A DNA stretch of 46,873 nt from a virus (taxonomy: Duplodnaviria; Caudoviricetes), in IMG/VR virus record IMGVR_UViG_3300031949_000067, positions 1-46,873 of that record. One strand, written 5' to 3'. Both the position numbers and the translations under genes were made by a program. Each line of letters starts with the position of its first letter. Position 1 is the stretch's first letter. The notes below the pieces were generated by a model that ran no database searches, had not been told where the DNA came from, and saw nothing but the letters and a program-made list of their open reading frames with translations. This document shows, piece by piece, positions 16,174-25,514 of the stretch.

Positions 16174-16417
16174 GTTCGCGAAGCTCTTTCACGCGCGGGT
16201 GATTAAGGAGCCGGCCGACGCACTCATTGCAGGTATCGACGATTCGGTGTCCGTCTACCGATTGATCCGCGAACGCCTGCTGCCGCTGGGCGAAAATCGC
16301 CTCCAACGGACGCTCTGCCTTGAAGGGGCAATTTCCGGGGAATCGGTCAACAATCCGAACCTCATAGAGATTGCAGTACGGAAACTCAAACGGCGATTTT
16401 TCAATAACTATGCTCAT
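16163..16417 (-). CDS. Small hypothetical protein between the nuclease and helicase
   Basis: GGAGG RBS, ATG at 16417; overlaps both neighbours. Confidence 0.55.
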   Translation of the reverse strand: MSIVIEKSPFEFPYCNLYEVRIVDRFPGNCPFKAERPLEAIFAQRQQAFADQSVDGHRIVDTCNECVGRLLNHPRVKELREHGR

Positions 16418-16895
16418 CGGGGGTTTCCTCCACGACCGCGTTGGCCACTTGCAGGGTTTCGGTAATATGCCGGGCGGCCTGATAAAGCCATCGTTCGACG
16501 AATCGGGCCGATGCCTCGTGCGAGCCGCCCAGCCAGACGGGGAGTCCATAAAAGGCCGTCCAGGAGGCCAGTGCCCCCAAAACGTGGGCCGGTTGAAGTT
16601 TCCCGATCCAGTCGCCGGCCTCGAGCGCCGCGGCATCGGTCTCGACAATCAACAGGCGGTAACGATATGCGGCCAATCGTTGGAGTTCGCGTTTGAATCG
16701 GTCGCGTTCCCGCCCGATGCAGGCGAGCAGGTCCGACAGGGTTTTACGTTCTCCGGCGATCAGGTGGGTCAGCCCGGAAATCGAGTAGTCCCCGGCGTCC
16801 AGGACGTCGACCCGAGTTGGAAGGTTGGTGAAGGTGAATGGCGTTTGCTCGCGGCTGTCGATGATGATGACGGGTTTCGGGGCGTTTGTAGGCAT
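16401..16895 (-). CDS. ERCC4/XPF-family nuclease (putative resolvase)
   Basis: IIIDSREQ, LDAGDYS, ERKTLSDL, RFKRELQRL, LLIVE motifs. Confidence 0.9.
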   Translation of the reverse strand: MPTNAPKPVIIIDSREQTPFTFTNLPTRVDVLDAGDYSISGLTHLIAGERKTLSDLLACIGRERDRFKRELQRLAAYRYRLLIVETDAAALEAGDWIGKLQPAHVLGALASWTAFYGLPVWLGGSHEASARFVERWLYQAARHITETLQVANAVVEETPDEHSY

Positions 16896-17058
16896 ATCCG
16901 CGCCAAAAGCGGGTCAGGCCCCCTCGGTTGTGGTAGCAACGACCGAGAGAGGTTGCGGCCGAGGGAGGCCCGCCCGCGTCGCCGTTTTGTTACGTTGGAA
17001 GCGTCATTACTACCACGCTGGTAAGATTGACCGGGCGAACACGAAAGTCAAGAACAAA

Positions 17059-18732
17059 ATGCCGACCGCACTAAAACCGATCGAACTCACCGAGGGCCAG
17101 TTCCGAGAAGTCGTAAAGTGCCGAAATAGCTTTTACTATTGGCTGAAAACCTACACCACGGTCGTAGAGGTCGGAAAGGGCACACCTCAGCGCGTGGCCT
17201 GGAACCTTTGGCCGTCAGAGATCACGCTCGTCGATACCCTGTTGGCCGGAAAGTGGCCGATCGGCCCGAAGGCCCGACAGCTTGGTGTTACGACCATCAA
17301 CCTATACTTCGGGTTGTGGTACATCCAGTTTCACCCGCTGTCCCAGGGCGTCGTGATTTCCGAGAAAGAACAGAAGGCGTTCGAGCTACTCGACTGGATT
17401 CGGGCCATCGCCCAGACCCAGCCCGAATGGATGCAGCAGCCCAGAACCAAAGACTCCGCTAGTATTCTGCAATTCGAGAGTGAAGCTCAGATCATGGCCC
17501 TGGTCGGAAACGAGGGGGCCGGGCGCATGAAGGCCCTCAACTGGGCGTTTATCGACGAAGCATCCTACGTGCCTTCGCTTGAGGCGATCCTGCGTGGAGT
17601 CGAGCCGGCGGCCGAGTCGGCCCGCGGAATCGTCTCCGTGTGTTCGACGACGAAACGTGAGGGCACGAACCCGGTCTCCTACGAGGAGTTCCGCAACGAG
17701 TGCTACGCCGCCGCCGAGGGGAAATCCAAGTTCACGCTCTGTTTCCTGCCCTGGAACATGCGACCGGATCGTACCCAGGAGTGGTACGAACGCGAGGCGG
17801 CCGCCCACGCGCACATCCCCGGATACATGCAGCGCGAGTACCCCGGCACGATGGAAGAGGCGTTCGGCACCGTCGGCGGATCGGTCTTCCCGACCCTACG
17901 CAAAGAGACCCACTGGAAACACTTCGACCCGCCGCCCGGCGCCGAGTTCTACCGAGCCATCGACTTCGGAAACACCGCCGATCACCCGTTCGTCTGCCTC
18001 TGGCTCTGGAACGATGCGTCCGCCGCCCCGACGTTGACCTTCGAATCCGACGAATCCGCCGAGATCGTCATCGCTTCCGAACAGGCACAGGTAAAGTATG
18101 TTAATGGTACCGAGCAACTGCTCTCCTATCGCCGCAACCCCAAAACCGGCAGGTTGAACAAGCTCCACGACGACGTTGCCGACGCCCTGCGCTACGCGGT
18201 CACGATGTTTCGGCTCCGGGGCCACGTGCACGTTTACCGCTGCCTGTTCATCCGTTGCGACACCGATCTTCAGGTCAATCCGCTCCGCATGTTCGAGGGG
18301 ATCATGGAACTAAGCGGATATGAATGCCGCGACCCATTGGCCGGAACCTGGACGAGGGGACCCAACGCGGAGAGCTACGAAGCCACCGTTTGCGACCGCA
18401 GCGGAACAGGATGGATCAGGGTCTTGATTGAAAAGGGAGGAATCATGGGCTTTGGCATCGACGCCGTGGCCTACGAAAAGCCGGATACCTTCACCCGCGA
18501 CGAGCGGGAGCAGGGAATCGTTTGGCTCAACGCCATGATTATCGGGGGCACGACGTTCGAGACTTCGGAGCATAAAACCAGAAGACAGGCGAACCTCGAG
18601 GAACTGACGTCCGGCGAACGACCGCTCCTATTTGAAGAAAAACTGTTGCTTTTTAGGATGGGCCTGTCAGAATCGACCGGTCGAAAAACCATCTGGGGAT
18701 ACGAACCCACGGAGAACGCACATGCACGTTGA
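17059..18732 (+). CDS. terL: Terminase large subunit
   Basis: Walker A PKARQLGVTT, Walker B AFIDEA, coupling motif STT, QREYP..EEAF, nuclease motifs AIDFG and HDDVADALRY. Start at 17059 preferred over 16825, which overlaps the divergent gene. Confidence 0.9.
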   Translation: MPTALKPIELTEGQFREVVKCRNSFYYWLKTYTTVVEVGKGTPQRVAWNLWPSEITLVDTLLAGKWPIGPKARQLGVTTINLYFGLWYIQFHPLSQGVVISEKEQKAFELLDWIRAIAQTQPEWMQQPRTKDSASILQFESEAQIMALVGNEGAGRMKALNWAFIDEASYVPSLEAILRGVEPAAESARGIVSVCSTTKREGTNPVSYEEFRNECYAAAEGKSKFTLCFLPWNMRPDRTQEWYEREAAAHAHIPGYMQREYPGTMEEAFGTVGGSVFPTLRKETHWKHFDPPPGAEFYRAIDFGNTADHPFVCLWLWNDASAAPTLTFESDESAEIVIASEQAQVKYVNGTEQLLSYRRNPKTGRLNKLHDDVADALRYAVTMFRLRGHVHVYRCLFIRCDTDLQVNPLRMFEGIMELSGYECRDPLAGTWTRGPNAESYEATVCDRSGTGWIRVLIEKGGIMGFGIDAVAYEKPDTFTRDEREQGIVWLNAMIIGGTTFETSEHKTRRQANLEELTSGERPLLFEEKLLLFRMGLSESTGRKTIWGYEPTENAHAR

Positions 18733-19003
18733 ACCCGGACTACTCAGCCAGGCGCGCCTCGACGAGATCGAAGCCCATCACTGCGGACCCCAAACGCCGA
18801 GTTCACAAGTCGCCGCATCGCTCCTCGGCCACATCAAGGCGCTGGTCATCGAACACGACAAGCTCATCGCCAAAATGTTAGCCGCAGGACGAGAGGCGTT
18901 GCGCGACGAACCGAACGCCATCCCACCATCTTTGCCGCCGTCACTATCGCGGGCGACCTTGAGGAAGACGCCCCCGGAAGGACAGCCCCATGAAAAAGCG
19001 TAA
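18722..19003 (+). CDS. Hypothetical protein
   Basis: GGAG RBS, ATG at 18722. Confidence 0.55.
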   Translation: MHVEPGLLSQARLDEIEAHHCGPQTPSSQVAASLLGHIKALVIEHDKLIAKMLAAGREALRDEPNAIPPSLPPSLSRATLRKTPPEGQPHEKA

Positions 19004-19193
19004 GCAAAAAGCAACCACGGACGTAGTGCCGGAGGTGACGAGCGACGAGCAGAGGAAGTACCAGGCCGAGGACGACTTGCGCACGATAATGCGGGCCGCC
19101 GAGATTGAGTCGGATAAGGTTCGCGCCGACGCCGCGAGAAAGCTGGCCCAAGAGCAGGCCGAAACGATGATGAAGATCGCCAAGAAAGGATGA
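18990..19193 (+). CDS. Hypothetical phage protein
   Basis: QAEDDLRTIMRAAEI..DK.R..AA pattern; overlaps the previous gene. Confidence 0.7.
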   Translation: MKKRKQKATTDVVPEVTSDEQRKYQAEDDLRTIMRAAEIESDKVRADAARKLAQEQAETMMKIAKKG

Positions 19194-19196
19194 CTC

Positions 19197-19334
19197 ATGC
19201 CCGCGAAACTGAAACGCTGCGTCAAGAAGGTGATGGCCAAGGGGACCCCCAAGGATTCCGCCTGGCCGATTTGCGTGAAAGCCACGGGGGAGAAACCGCA
19301 CGGGAAGAAGAAGGCCCCGAAGCGCAAAAAGTGA
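19197..19334 (+). CDS. Small basic protein (45 aa; below the ORF-track cutoff)
   Basis: MPAKLKRCVKKVMAKGTPKDSAWPICVKATGEKPHGKKKAPKRKK with an AAGGA RBS. Confidence 0.65.
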   Translation: MPAKLKRCVKKVMAKGTPKDSAWPICVKATGEKPHGKKKAPKRKK

Positions 19335-19374
19335 GGCAAGTTCATGTAGGTCGGTTCGGCCAAGAAAACCAAAA

Positions 19375-19623
19375 ATGTACGAGTCGATTGAATTAAATCC
19401 CTGGAAATATGCGGTTCTTGGACCGCAACCGCTGACGAGAAACGATCTTTCTGATTTTGTGAACGAGGCGTGCCACAACGACGAAGAACTTAAACGTCAG
19501 AAGCATGAAGCCATGATGGTCTTTGTGGAGCTTCGCAAGACGCTTGACGATTCGGCCCAAAAAGAACTGGATGCGGTTATGTTGGACGCCTGGACTAAGG
19601 GGATCGAGGGATCGTTCACGTAG
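19375..19623 (+). CDS. Hypothetical protein
   Basis: ORF in operon orientation. Confidence 0.5.
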   Translation: MYESIELNPWKYAVLGPQPLTRNDLSDFVNEACHNDEELKRQKHEAMMVFVELRKTLDDSAQKELDAVMLDAWTKGIEGSFT

Positions 19624-19647
19624 TTCGGTGCGGCCCGGGGAAGCGGA

Positions 19648-19962
19648 ATGCCAGAAACCAAAATCACCGAGCACGCCACCTTGCCGCTCAAATCGGTTGT
19701 GGCGATTGTCTTTTTTTTCTGCGCGGTGACGGCTTCCTACATCGAAACACGGTTAGCGGTAGCGGACGTTGGTAGGCGAGTAGACGCGGTCCCCACGGAA
19801 ATTAAGATGATGGTGGACGCTCGATTCACTCAGGAGTGGGGCAGATTCGCGAGCTACATGGCCGCGTTTTCGCAACTCAATCACTTGCCGCTCCCGCCGC
19901 TTCCCGCGACGCTCTACTCCTCATCGGCCAATGAACACACAAATACAGGAGGTTCACCATGA
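19648..19962 (+). CDS. Membrane protein (possible holin or lysis accessory)
   Basis: One hydrophobic helix VVAIVFFFCAVTA; function by inference only. Confidence 0.5.
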   Translation: MPETKITEHATLPLKSVVAIVFFFCAVTASYIETRLAVADVGRRVDAVPTEIKMMVDARFTQEWGRFASYMAAFSQLNHLPLPPLPATLYSSSANEHTNTGGSP

Positions 19963-20789
19963 GACGACTTGCGACGGTGTTGCTGGCGGTGCTGGGCGGG
20001 TGTCTGTCGGGGTGTGCTTCGCAGGAAATGGCGAACGCGCTGCGGGGAATGGGTCAGGCGGTCGCCGACACGACGGAGCGGCTTGAGGCTCAGGGTATTG
20101 ACTATCGCGTGGAGGCGCAATTCCCGACCGAGCTTGCCTGCAACTGGACCCCGTTCGGGTTCAAGTGCGAGGTGCAACAAGGCTTCATTCACGTGATGAT
20201 TCAACGCGGTCGCGGACTCGGCCCACGACCGATCGGCACGGATATTCCCGACCAGGCGGCGCCGCTTACTGACGGAACGCGCGGCGGCGCCGCTGTTGAC
20301 ATGCTTCTTTCCCCTCCGGCGAGTGAGGCGCCCGGACCGCTTGACGAAGTCTCGGGCGCCTCCGCTTTTGCAATACGCTTCGCCCCCGACCGCAAGGTGA
20401 CGGAGCAGCTTATCTGCACCGGTGCCGGCGACACGGTGACGTGTGATCTCGTGGCGACGGTGCTACCCAGCGGCTCGCAGACGGTGCAATGCACGTCGTT
20501 TACGGTCGGTCCGAAGTTCCCCGCGGCGCCGGTTACGGTCACGTCTCCGTTCAAGATGCAGCGTATGGACTTCGGGCGCGTCAACCTGGACGCCCTATTC
20601 TACTCGATGACGCCGATCGTCGTTGCCGAGTCTGGTACGATCATGGCGACGTACACGTACGCCGATCCGGGCGACGGGTCGTTGCCGACGTTGGAGAAGG
20701 CCCCTTGGAACAACCCAGCAATCCGGGGTCCGAACTTCACGTACTGGCCGGTGTTCTTCCTGCCGTCCGCGTGGAGTAGCGAGCCGTGA
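19959..20789 (+). CDS. Predicted lipoprotein with a beta-rich C-terminal domain
   Basis: MRR + hydrophobic core + LSGC lipobox; AGGAGG RBS. Confidence 0.65.
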   Translation: MRRLATVLLAVLGGCLSGCASQEMANALRGMGQAVADTTERLEAQGIDYRVEAQFPTELACNWTPFGFKCEVQQGFIHVMIQRGRGLGPRPIGTDIPDQAAPLTDGTRGGAAVDMLLSPPASEAPGPLDEVSGASAFAIRFAPDRKVTEQLICTGAGDTVTCDLVATVLPSGSQTVQCTSFTVGPKFPAAPVTVTSPFKMQRMDFGRVNLDALFYSMTPIVVAESGTIMATYTYADPGDGSLPTLEKAPWNNPAIRGPNFTYWPVFFLPSAWSSEP

Positions 20790-21019
20790 GTCGCCCATAC
20801 ATCTGTCCTCTTTGTGGTGGCACCGAAAAAACGGCGGCGTATCCGGAAAGTACGTCGGCCTGCGGAGTAACGTGCCGCGCGTGCGGCAGCACGGGGGTTC
20901 TGTGGGAGCCTGATGATTTGGCGAACGTTCCGCGGACAATAATGGAGTCGCAAACAATCAGACCGCCCACAACGACGAACCCGACTCTTCCCATAACTGA
21001 CGTGGATAGCGATCCGTGA
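20786..21019 (+). CDS. Small zinc-finger protein
   Basis: CPLCGG ... CRACGSTG. Confidence 0.6.
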   Translation: MSRPYICPLCGGTEKTAAYPESTSACGVTCRACGSTGVLWEPDDLANVPRTIMESQTIRPPTTTNPTLPITDVDSDP

Positions 21020-21240
21020 GCAAGGTGGAGCGGTGTAGCGGTTGTTGGGGCGTCGGATGTATACCAGTTACCGCCGCCACCATGAGTACACCATGTCGGA
21101 AGTGTCCGACGTGCAAAGGGAAAGGCTGGATGCGGCAATTTGGCGAAAGAATGATTCCAGATTGGACTCGCCCCACCATTGATCCAGAATTGGCTTTTGA
21201 GATGCAATCGCAGTGCGGGGGGTTTCTTAGTGTCTCTTAG
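21016..21240 (+). CDS. Small zinc-finger protein (CxxCxGxG repeats)
   Basis: CSGCWGVG ... CPTCKGKG. Confidence 0.6.
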   Translation: MSKVERCSGCWGVGCIPVTAATMSTPCRKCPTCKGKGWMRQFGERMIPDWTRPTIDPELAFEMQSQCGGFLSVS

Positions 21241-21724
21241 ATCAGCGGCGTGGGCGTTTAGGTGGCCCCTGTTGGTGCTGGTTGTGCTCGCCGGAGCGGC
21301 GGGCGTGCTTGTTGGTAAGTGTCTTATATGAAAGGAACGAACGACACCATTCGATACCTGGCTCGTGTTGGTCGGTGCTGTTATTTGCACTGGCGGCTGT
21401 TTGGGTATGAACCGGGGCGATTTCACGTAGCCTTGCGGCTGGCACGATTGCTTCCGCGAGAAGGATTCAGTATCCGAGATTCGCGTCCTGGGTTTGGTTA
21501 TATTCGTTATACGTTTTTTGAAAGGAACGAACGATGTTGAGTCTTTTGATCGGACTGGCGTTTCTGTTTGTTACGGGCATCCTGGGTCCGCTCGTGCAGT
21601 TCTTCGTGGACCTGTCGCCGACGGCGGCGAAGTTAAGCAGCTTTATTGATACGATCCCCGCGATGATCCTGATGTTGGCCGCGTGAGGTGTTCCGTGCCG
21701 ATGGTCGAAGTCATCAAGGTGTGA

Positions 21725-22114
21725 ATGTTCCGCCAGGTCGATAGCTTTTGGGGGCTGACCGGCGCGGTCATCGTGCTGCTCGCTATCATTATGGTCATGT
21801 CGGCGCTGAACTGCGCCGTCGCCGACAAGCAGGGCCTCGTCAACTTCGACGCCGATCGTATCGAGCGGGTGGAAGCGGCGTTAGCGAAGATCGAGGCCCA
21901 CCTGCGCGTTGGAGACGATGTGCAGGCTGGTCACGACGCTACGGTGAATGAACCGTGGACGGCGCGGATACTGGCCATCGGTCAGGCGTTGATGGCGCCC
22001 CTGTCGATCGTGTTGTACCTGTGGCTGCACCGTTGGCCGACTATTGAGGCGGCGTGCGACGCGATCAAAGGCAAGCCGCGGCAGAGGCGGACGCGGGTGG
22101 AGGATAAGCGATGA
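21725..22114 (+). CDS. Two-TM membrane protein (holin candidate)
   Basis: Two hydrophobic segments and a basic C-terminus. Confidence 0.5.
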   Translation: MFRQVDSFWGLTGAVIVLLAIIMVMSALNCAVADKQGLVNFDADRIERVEAALAKIEAHLRVGDDVQAGHDATVNEPWTARILAIGQALMAPLSIVLYLWLHRWPTIEAACDAIKGKPRQRRTRVEDKR

Positions 22115-22329
22115 CCGCATTGAAACTCGTTGAGCCGTTGCCCTGGTGGGATCGCAATCTGGACGCCTACCCAATGATGACAGAAGAGCTCCAGAAACAG
22201 TCTGCGCTTATGGCGAGGGTGGTAGTGGCACAGAAACAGAGGAATGCAGAATCTCCTCTGCCAGAACCCAAAAGCATGAGGGCGATTATGCTTCTCCGAG
22301 AACGCGAGTTCGCGCAGGGGGACAAGTAA
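22111..22329 (+). CDS. Hypothetical protein
   Basis: GGAGG RBS, ATGA-coupled. Confidence 0.5.
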   Translation: MTALKLVEPLPWWDRNLDAYPMMTEELQKQSALMARVVVAQKQRNAESPLPEPKSMRAIMLLREREFAQGDK

Positions 22330-22610
22330 TGGAAGTTTGGCAGTTCGCCATCTTGGTAGCGGGCGGAAACTGGCTTACGATCTGCGGCTCCAAAGAGAAC
22401 ATGAAGGGGGCGTCCGATGCCGTCGAAGAGGCCGTCACCCAGGGACTCAGAATGGTGACGCTCTATGGAGAGGCGGGAGACGCGGCGATGAGTACCAGGT
22501 GTGAAACGGTGGTCGTGGAGCACATCCTGGCATGGCAGTTGACCTACGCGGCGACCCGTTCCGCTCCACGAGCCAAGACCCCCGAAACGACCGAGAGAAA
22601 TCAGCCATGA
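22329..22610 (+). CDS. Hypothetical protein
   Basis: TAATG overlap with the previous ORF. Confidence 0.55.
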   Translation: MEVWQFAILVAGGNWLTICGSKENMKGASDAVEEAVTQGLRMVTLYGEAGDAAMSTRCETVVVEHILAWQLTYAATRSAPRAKTPETTERNQP

Positions 22611-22930
22611 AAAACAACGGACGCGGACTCATCATTCCCCAGGGCGCCGCCCAGGCCGCCGCGATGGAGCAAATCAACCGCATGACCGGGGCGCCGAAGA
22701 AGGTGGCCATCTTCAAGATGCCGGTCTGTGATTGTGGCGGCGAACTACAGACCAACCCGATGCTGGAAGGACTCTGGTACTGCCCGGCGTGCAATCACCG
22801 TGTGGACGTCGTTTCTCCCGAAGGCAAACGCTGGATGACGGCGATTGTCCTCAGCACAATGGCGTCGTCCAAGGCGATCATGCAACAGAGACTTCACGAG
22901 ATGTTCAGCGGCCTGTTTCAGGGATGGTAA
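22607..22930 (+). CDS. Zinc-ribbon protein
   Basis: CDCGG ... WYCPACNH; ATGA-coupled. Confidence 0.6.
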   Translation: MKNNGRGLIIPQGAAQAAAMEQINRMTGAPKKVAIFKMPVCDCGGELQTNPMLEGLWYCPACNHRVDVVSPEGKRWMTAIVLSTMASSKAIMQQRLHEMFSGLFQGW

Positions 22931-22931
22931 C

Positions 22932-23267
22932 GTGAATCACCTACTTACTGGTCTTGGGATCGCGGCCTTGCTTTTGCTGGCGGGCACGATGGGCCTATGT
23001 GCCTTGATCTTTTGTGCCGTGCTGACGGAGATTCGAGAACTCAGGATCGTCACCGGCCATCGGGCCGGAATCCTGTCAAAACTTTTGAGGCACACGAATC
23101 AACGGGAATCGTCCGCCGGGACGGCGCAGGAATCTCACCACCCGTGGGCCGACGATTTGCCGCCCCCTCTTCGTCTAGACCCCGAAGGCATCGAAACCCG
23201 CAAGGCTGAACTTGCCGCAGAACGTGAACGCTTGGCCCGTGAGCGCGTGGCTCGGGGAGAGGTATAA
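22932..23267 (+). CDS. Membrane-anchored protein preceding the portal
   Basis: GTG start; long N-terminal hydrophobic helix. Confidence 0.55.
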   Translation: MNHLLTGLGIAALLLLAGTMGLCALIFCAVLTEIRELRIVTGHRAGILSKLLRHTNQRESSAGTAQESHHPWADDLPPPLRLDPEGIETRKAELAAERERLARERVARGEV

Positions 23268-23269
23268 CC

Positions 23270-25513
23270 ATGCCTGAGTTCAACCTTGCCGAGCATCGCG
23301 CCAAGATGCAGGATGCCCACCGCGGTAAACTCTCACACGATCTCGACCTGACGAATGATGACGACGCCCTAGAGTTCATCCGCCGCGCCCGCCTGGAAAT
23401 CACCCAGGCCCTCGATCCGTGGTATCGCCGGACCTTGGTCAAGCGGGCGTGGTTCTCCGGCGACCAATACGTGCGCTGGGAAAAGGGTGACAAGAAGATG
23501 GGCGTCGACCCCCGCCTTTATGCTCAGGATTTCCGGGCCATGCCGCTCTGGGAAGACCACCTGGGCATGTTCGTCCGCCGGCAGATCGCCCGAATCGAGG
23601 CGTCAAACTATCAGTTCATGTCCGCCGAATCACGGACGAGGCAACTCGCCGACGTGGAATCCGCCATTCCCGCAGACCGTGTCCTGGAACACTATTGGGA
23701 ACGGACGATCGAAATGGCCGGCGCCGACGATTGGCACCGAGCGCTACACACGTTCGTCACCGATGAGGTGATTTTCGCCTACCCTCGCTACGTGGAAGAC
23801 CCCCTGGGAAACGAAACATTCACCGCGAGCGAGGTCGTCAGCGCCGTTCGAGAATTTGAGCGCCAACGCGAAGAGGGGCGAAACGGAGAACCGCGTCGCG
23901 GTTTCGATGATGGTCGGCAGGCGATCAACACCTGGCTGTTAGAGTCGGTCGGGGTGCCGCCGGAAAAGGTGACGTTCAACGACGACGGGTCCCTGACGGT
24001 CAATCGTGGTCGGCTGGTCGTCGATTGGCTTTCGGGCCTTGAAGTGCTCGAAGATATCAGCGCCGAACGATGGGACGAAAAGGAGTTTGTCATCGTCCGG
24101 CAGCGCAAGTCCATCGGCAGCCTGTTGGAGCAATACCCGCGACTCAAGAACGAAATTCTCAAGTCGCCGGAATATCCGGCCAGCCTTGGTACGGAAACCA
24201 TCCGCGACCAGTGGGCGGCCAATCGGTCAGCCGACATCATGGAATCCACCTGGGTTGACACCCTGTGGCGCAGGCCGTGCAAGAAGTACCCCAAGGGATA
24301 CTTCGTCGTGGCGATTAATGACCTTGCCGTGGCCGAATCAGGAAAGATTCCCTACGACTACCAGGACATCCCCATCATCCCGATTACGAGCAATCCTGAC
24401 TCCTACGACTTCAGGCCGCGCGGAGTTTCGGACTCGGCGTTCATACTCCAACGATTCATCAATCGGCTTTTGGTTCAGATCCAATCGAACATCGACAAGA
24501 CCGTGGACCCCCGGATATTGGCCGAAGAGCAAAGCGTTAAGCCCGACTTCATGGTTGATGCACAGCACGTCGATTGGGTCAAACGCGGAACCATCGAGTG
24601 GCCCCGCCCCCTGATTCAAACGCCGCTCCCGCCGCATGTTTTCGCGCTGTTACAACACCTTGTCGCCGCGATCAAGGAGATTACCGGGACAACGAATCCG
24701 GCCCTCGGCACACCGGACCCGGCGGCGCGGAGCGGCCGGGCGCTCTACGCTCTAATCGGTTCGGCCGATCAGGGGGCCGTCGTTCCCATCAAGGCACTCG
24801 CCTTGGGACTCAAAAAACTGGGTGAACGCATGTTACAACTGGTGGCCCAGTTCGTTCCCGAAGAGACCACGATTCTCATCGCCGGGGAACGCGGACAGCG
24901 CGAATACTTGACGTTCAGCGGCAAGAGCCTCATCGCCCAAAGCCAGAATGACGGTCGGCCGGCCAGCCTGCTCTACGACATCCGCGTGGAAATCAAGCCC
25001 AAGCCGGACGAGGCGACGATCATGGAAATGATTGACTTCCTGACTGCCCGCCGTTTCCTGGACCCCCAGCGGGACCGCAGCGCGGTCATGCGGGCCTTGA
25101 GGACGTTGGACATCAGCGAACTCGACACCACCCATCAGCACCGAACGAGAGCGGAACAAGAAAACGCCTTCTTGTGGAAGGTTTCACAAGAGCTTCAGGC
25201 GGGAACGAGAGACACCCAATCGGCCCGAATCGCGATGGGCGAACTCGTGAAGATCGAAAAAACTCAGGACCACGGCGTCCACCTCGATGAACACGGCCGC
25301 TTGCAGAATTTGTTTGGAGAACAGTTGCATTTCGTCGTCGGCGACTATTTAATCCAGCACAACGAGGAGCACATGGCGGCAGAGCAAGAGACGATGATGC
25401 GTCAGTTGTCGAACATCCAGGCCGCAGCGCGGACCACGCCGCTCGGTCGTTCATCGACCAAGCCGGCCGTATCCGGCGTTCCGCGCCAAGAATCCCAGGT
25501 CGCGGGAGGGTAG
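23270..25513 (+). CDS. Portal protein (747 aa)
   Basis: Size and position; FSGDQY, IPIIP, LQRFINRLL.QI..NI, AARSGRAL, ERMLQLVAQF, A.QEN and QDHGVHLDEH motifs of P22-like portals. Confidence 0.85.
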   Translation: MPEFNLAEHRAKMQDAHRGKLSHDLDLTNDDDALEFIRRARLEITQALDPWYRRTLVKRAWFSGDQYVRWEKGDKKMGVDPRLYAQDFRAMPLWEDHLGMFVRRQIARIEASNYQFMSAESRTRQLADVESAIPADRVLEHYWERTIEMAGADDWHRALHTFVTDEVIFAYPRYVEDPLGNETFTASEVVSAVREFERQREEGRNGEPRRGFDDGRQAINTWLLESVGVPPEKVTFNDDGSLTVNRGRLVVDWLSGLEVLEDISAERWDEKEFVIVRQRKSIGSLLEQYPRLKNEILKSPEYPASLGTETIRDQWAANRSADIMESTWVDTLWRRPCKKYPKGYFVVAINDLAVAESGKIPYDYQDIPIIPITSNPDSYDFRPRGVSDSAFILQRFINRLLVQIQSNIDKTVDPRILAEEQSVKPDFMVDAQHVDWVKRGTIEWPRPLIQTPLPPHVFALLQHLVAAIKEITGTTNPALGTPDPAARSGRALYALIGSADQGAVVPIKALALGLKKLGERMLQLVAQFVPEETTILIAGERGQREYLTFSGKSLIAQSQNDGRPASLLYDIRVEIKPKPDEATIMEMIDFLTARRFLDPQRDRSAVMRALRTLDISELDTTHQHRTRAEQENAFLWKVSQELQAGTRDTQSARIAMGELVKIEKTQDHGVHLDEHGRLQNLFGEQLHFVVGDYLIQHNEEHMAAEQETMMRQLSNIQAAARTTPLGRSSTKPAVSGVPRQESQVAGG

Positions 25514-25514
25514 C

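Noticed and set aside
17020-17056. Divergent promoters between the ERCC4 gene and terL (TTGACC on plus, TTGACT on minus)
   Set aside because: Good -35 hexamers but no convincing -10 at proper spacing; not listed as features.
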